Shown here piece by piece: positions 31,696 to 32,000 of a stretch of 32,000 nt of DNA. Made by a program: the position numbers and the translations under genes. The stretch lies in assembly GCF_000007225.1 (NCBI RefSeq), contig NC_003364.1, forward strand, positions 2,160,001-2,192,000. Direction: 5' to 3'. The notes below the pieces were generated by a model. That model worked only from the letters and a program-made list of their open reading frames with translations. It searched no databases and was not told the origin of the DNA. The stretch's first letter is position 1; every line of letters starts with the position of its first letter. The stretch comes from Pyrobaculum aerophilum str. IM2. GTDB lineage: Archaea > Thermoproteota > Thermoprotei > Thermoproteales > Thermoproteaceae.

Positions 31696-32000
31696 GCGCT
31701 TGCCCTTTGGGCCGCCTTTGCCTCCGTGAGTAATAGCTTGTAACGAGTGGAGTTATAGGCGCTTATAGACACGGCCGAGGAGTCGACGATGAGTTTAATT
31801 GTGAGCACTTGGCCGTATAAAGTGACGTTGAGGTAAACATTCGCTGAGGTCGTGAGGGGGACTCCGCCAGCTTCACAGACAACAGCTGTGAAGACCCCGG
31901 TGCCATTGACGGAGAGATCGCTTAGTATTTGAGAGAGGGTCTCTGGGCTTATTCTCCCCCTCTCCTCATAGAGAGTCCCCGCCTGTCCCAAGTGGCTACA
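31692..32000 (-). CDS. Hypothetical protein (the 5' end may lie beyond the right edge)
   Basis: The track ORF 31692..31991 starts at a TTG. The frame stays open to nt 32000, so the true start may lie outside the window. It is convergent with 30775..31695, with a 4-nt overlap. I see no motifs. Confidence 0.4.
   Translation of the reverse strand, partial: CSHLGQAGTLYEERGRISPETLSQILSDLSVNGTGVFTAVVCEAGGVPLTTSANVYLNVTLYGQVLTIKLIVDSSAVSISAYNSTRYKLLLTEAKAAQRASA

Noticed and set aside
1-32000. Search for CRISPR arrays, IS elements or transposases, integrases, toxin-antitoxin or other defence modules, and tRNA genes.
   Set aside because: By eye I saw no regularly spaced direct repeats, no DDE or tyrosine-recombinase-like ORFs, no tRNA T-arm/acceptor patterns and no recognisable defence domains. 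A computational scan could still find small elements I missed.

Overview
This window looks like a compact, gene-dense chromosomal segment from a hyperthermophilic crenarchaeon of the Pyrobaculum/Thermoproteaceae type. That placement is an inference from several observations:
- GC-rich genes are separated by short AT-rich promoters whose TATA boxes sit about 26 nt before the start codons, giving leaderless transcripts.
- There is an archaeal 5S rRNA.
- NarG carries a Tat signal and is followed by a NarM-type subunit.
- CcmE has the CxxxY heme-binding variant.
- There is a NOG1-type GTPase.

Positions 1-21,525 form an anaerobic-respiration island, in this order:
- A partial NnrS-like membrane gene, divergent from a quinol-dependent NO reductase (qNOR).
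- Three small LuxR/GerE-type HTH proteins that carry Cys motifs.
- An unassigned operon encoding a 7-TM and a 12-TM protein. The histidine positions of the larger protein mirror those of NorB and heme-copper oxidase subunit I.
- narJ, divergent from narG (Tat signal), narH and a narM-like gene, followed by three unknown genes.
- A variant System I cytochrome c maturation cluster: ccmBA divergent from ccmC-ccmE(CxxxY)-ccmF, plus an extra membrane protein.

Two short cis-elements recur directly upstream of TATA boxes in this island: the 9-mer AACCGCATT and GGTTAACC palindromes.

The right third of the window carries:
- A NOG1-like GTPase head-to-head with a DUF62 SAM hydrolase.
- A weak C/D-box sRNA candidate and a stand-alone 5S rRNA.
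- A secreted protein and an NAD-dependent epimerase.
- A low-GC islet encoding a Thr/Gln-stalked surface protein with a duplicated 4-Cys domain.
- A ZIP transporter.
- An SPFH protein with a double zinc ribbon (YdjI-type), coupled to a small membrane protein and a Gly-rich DUF1152-like protein.

I saw no CRISPR array, transposase, integrase or tRNA. All family calls come from motif recognition by eye. No database search or computation was possible.
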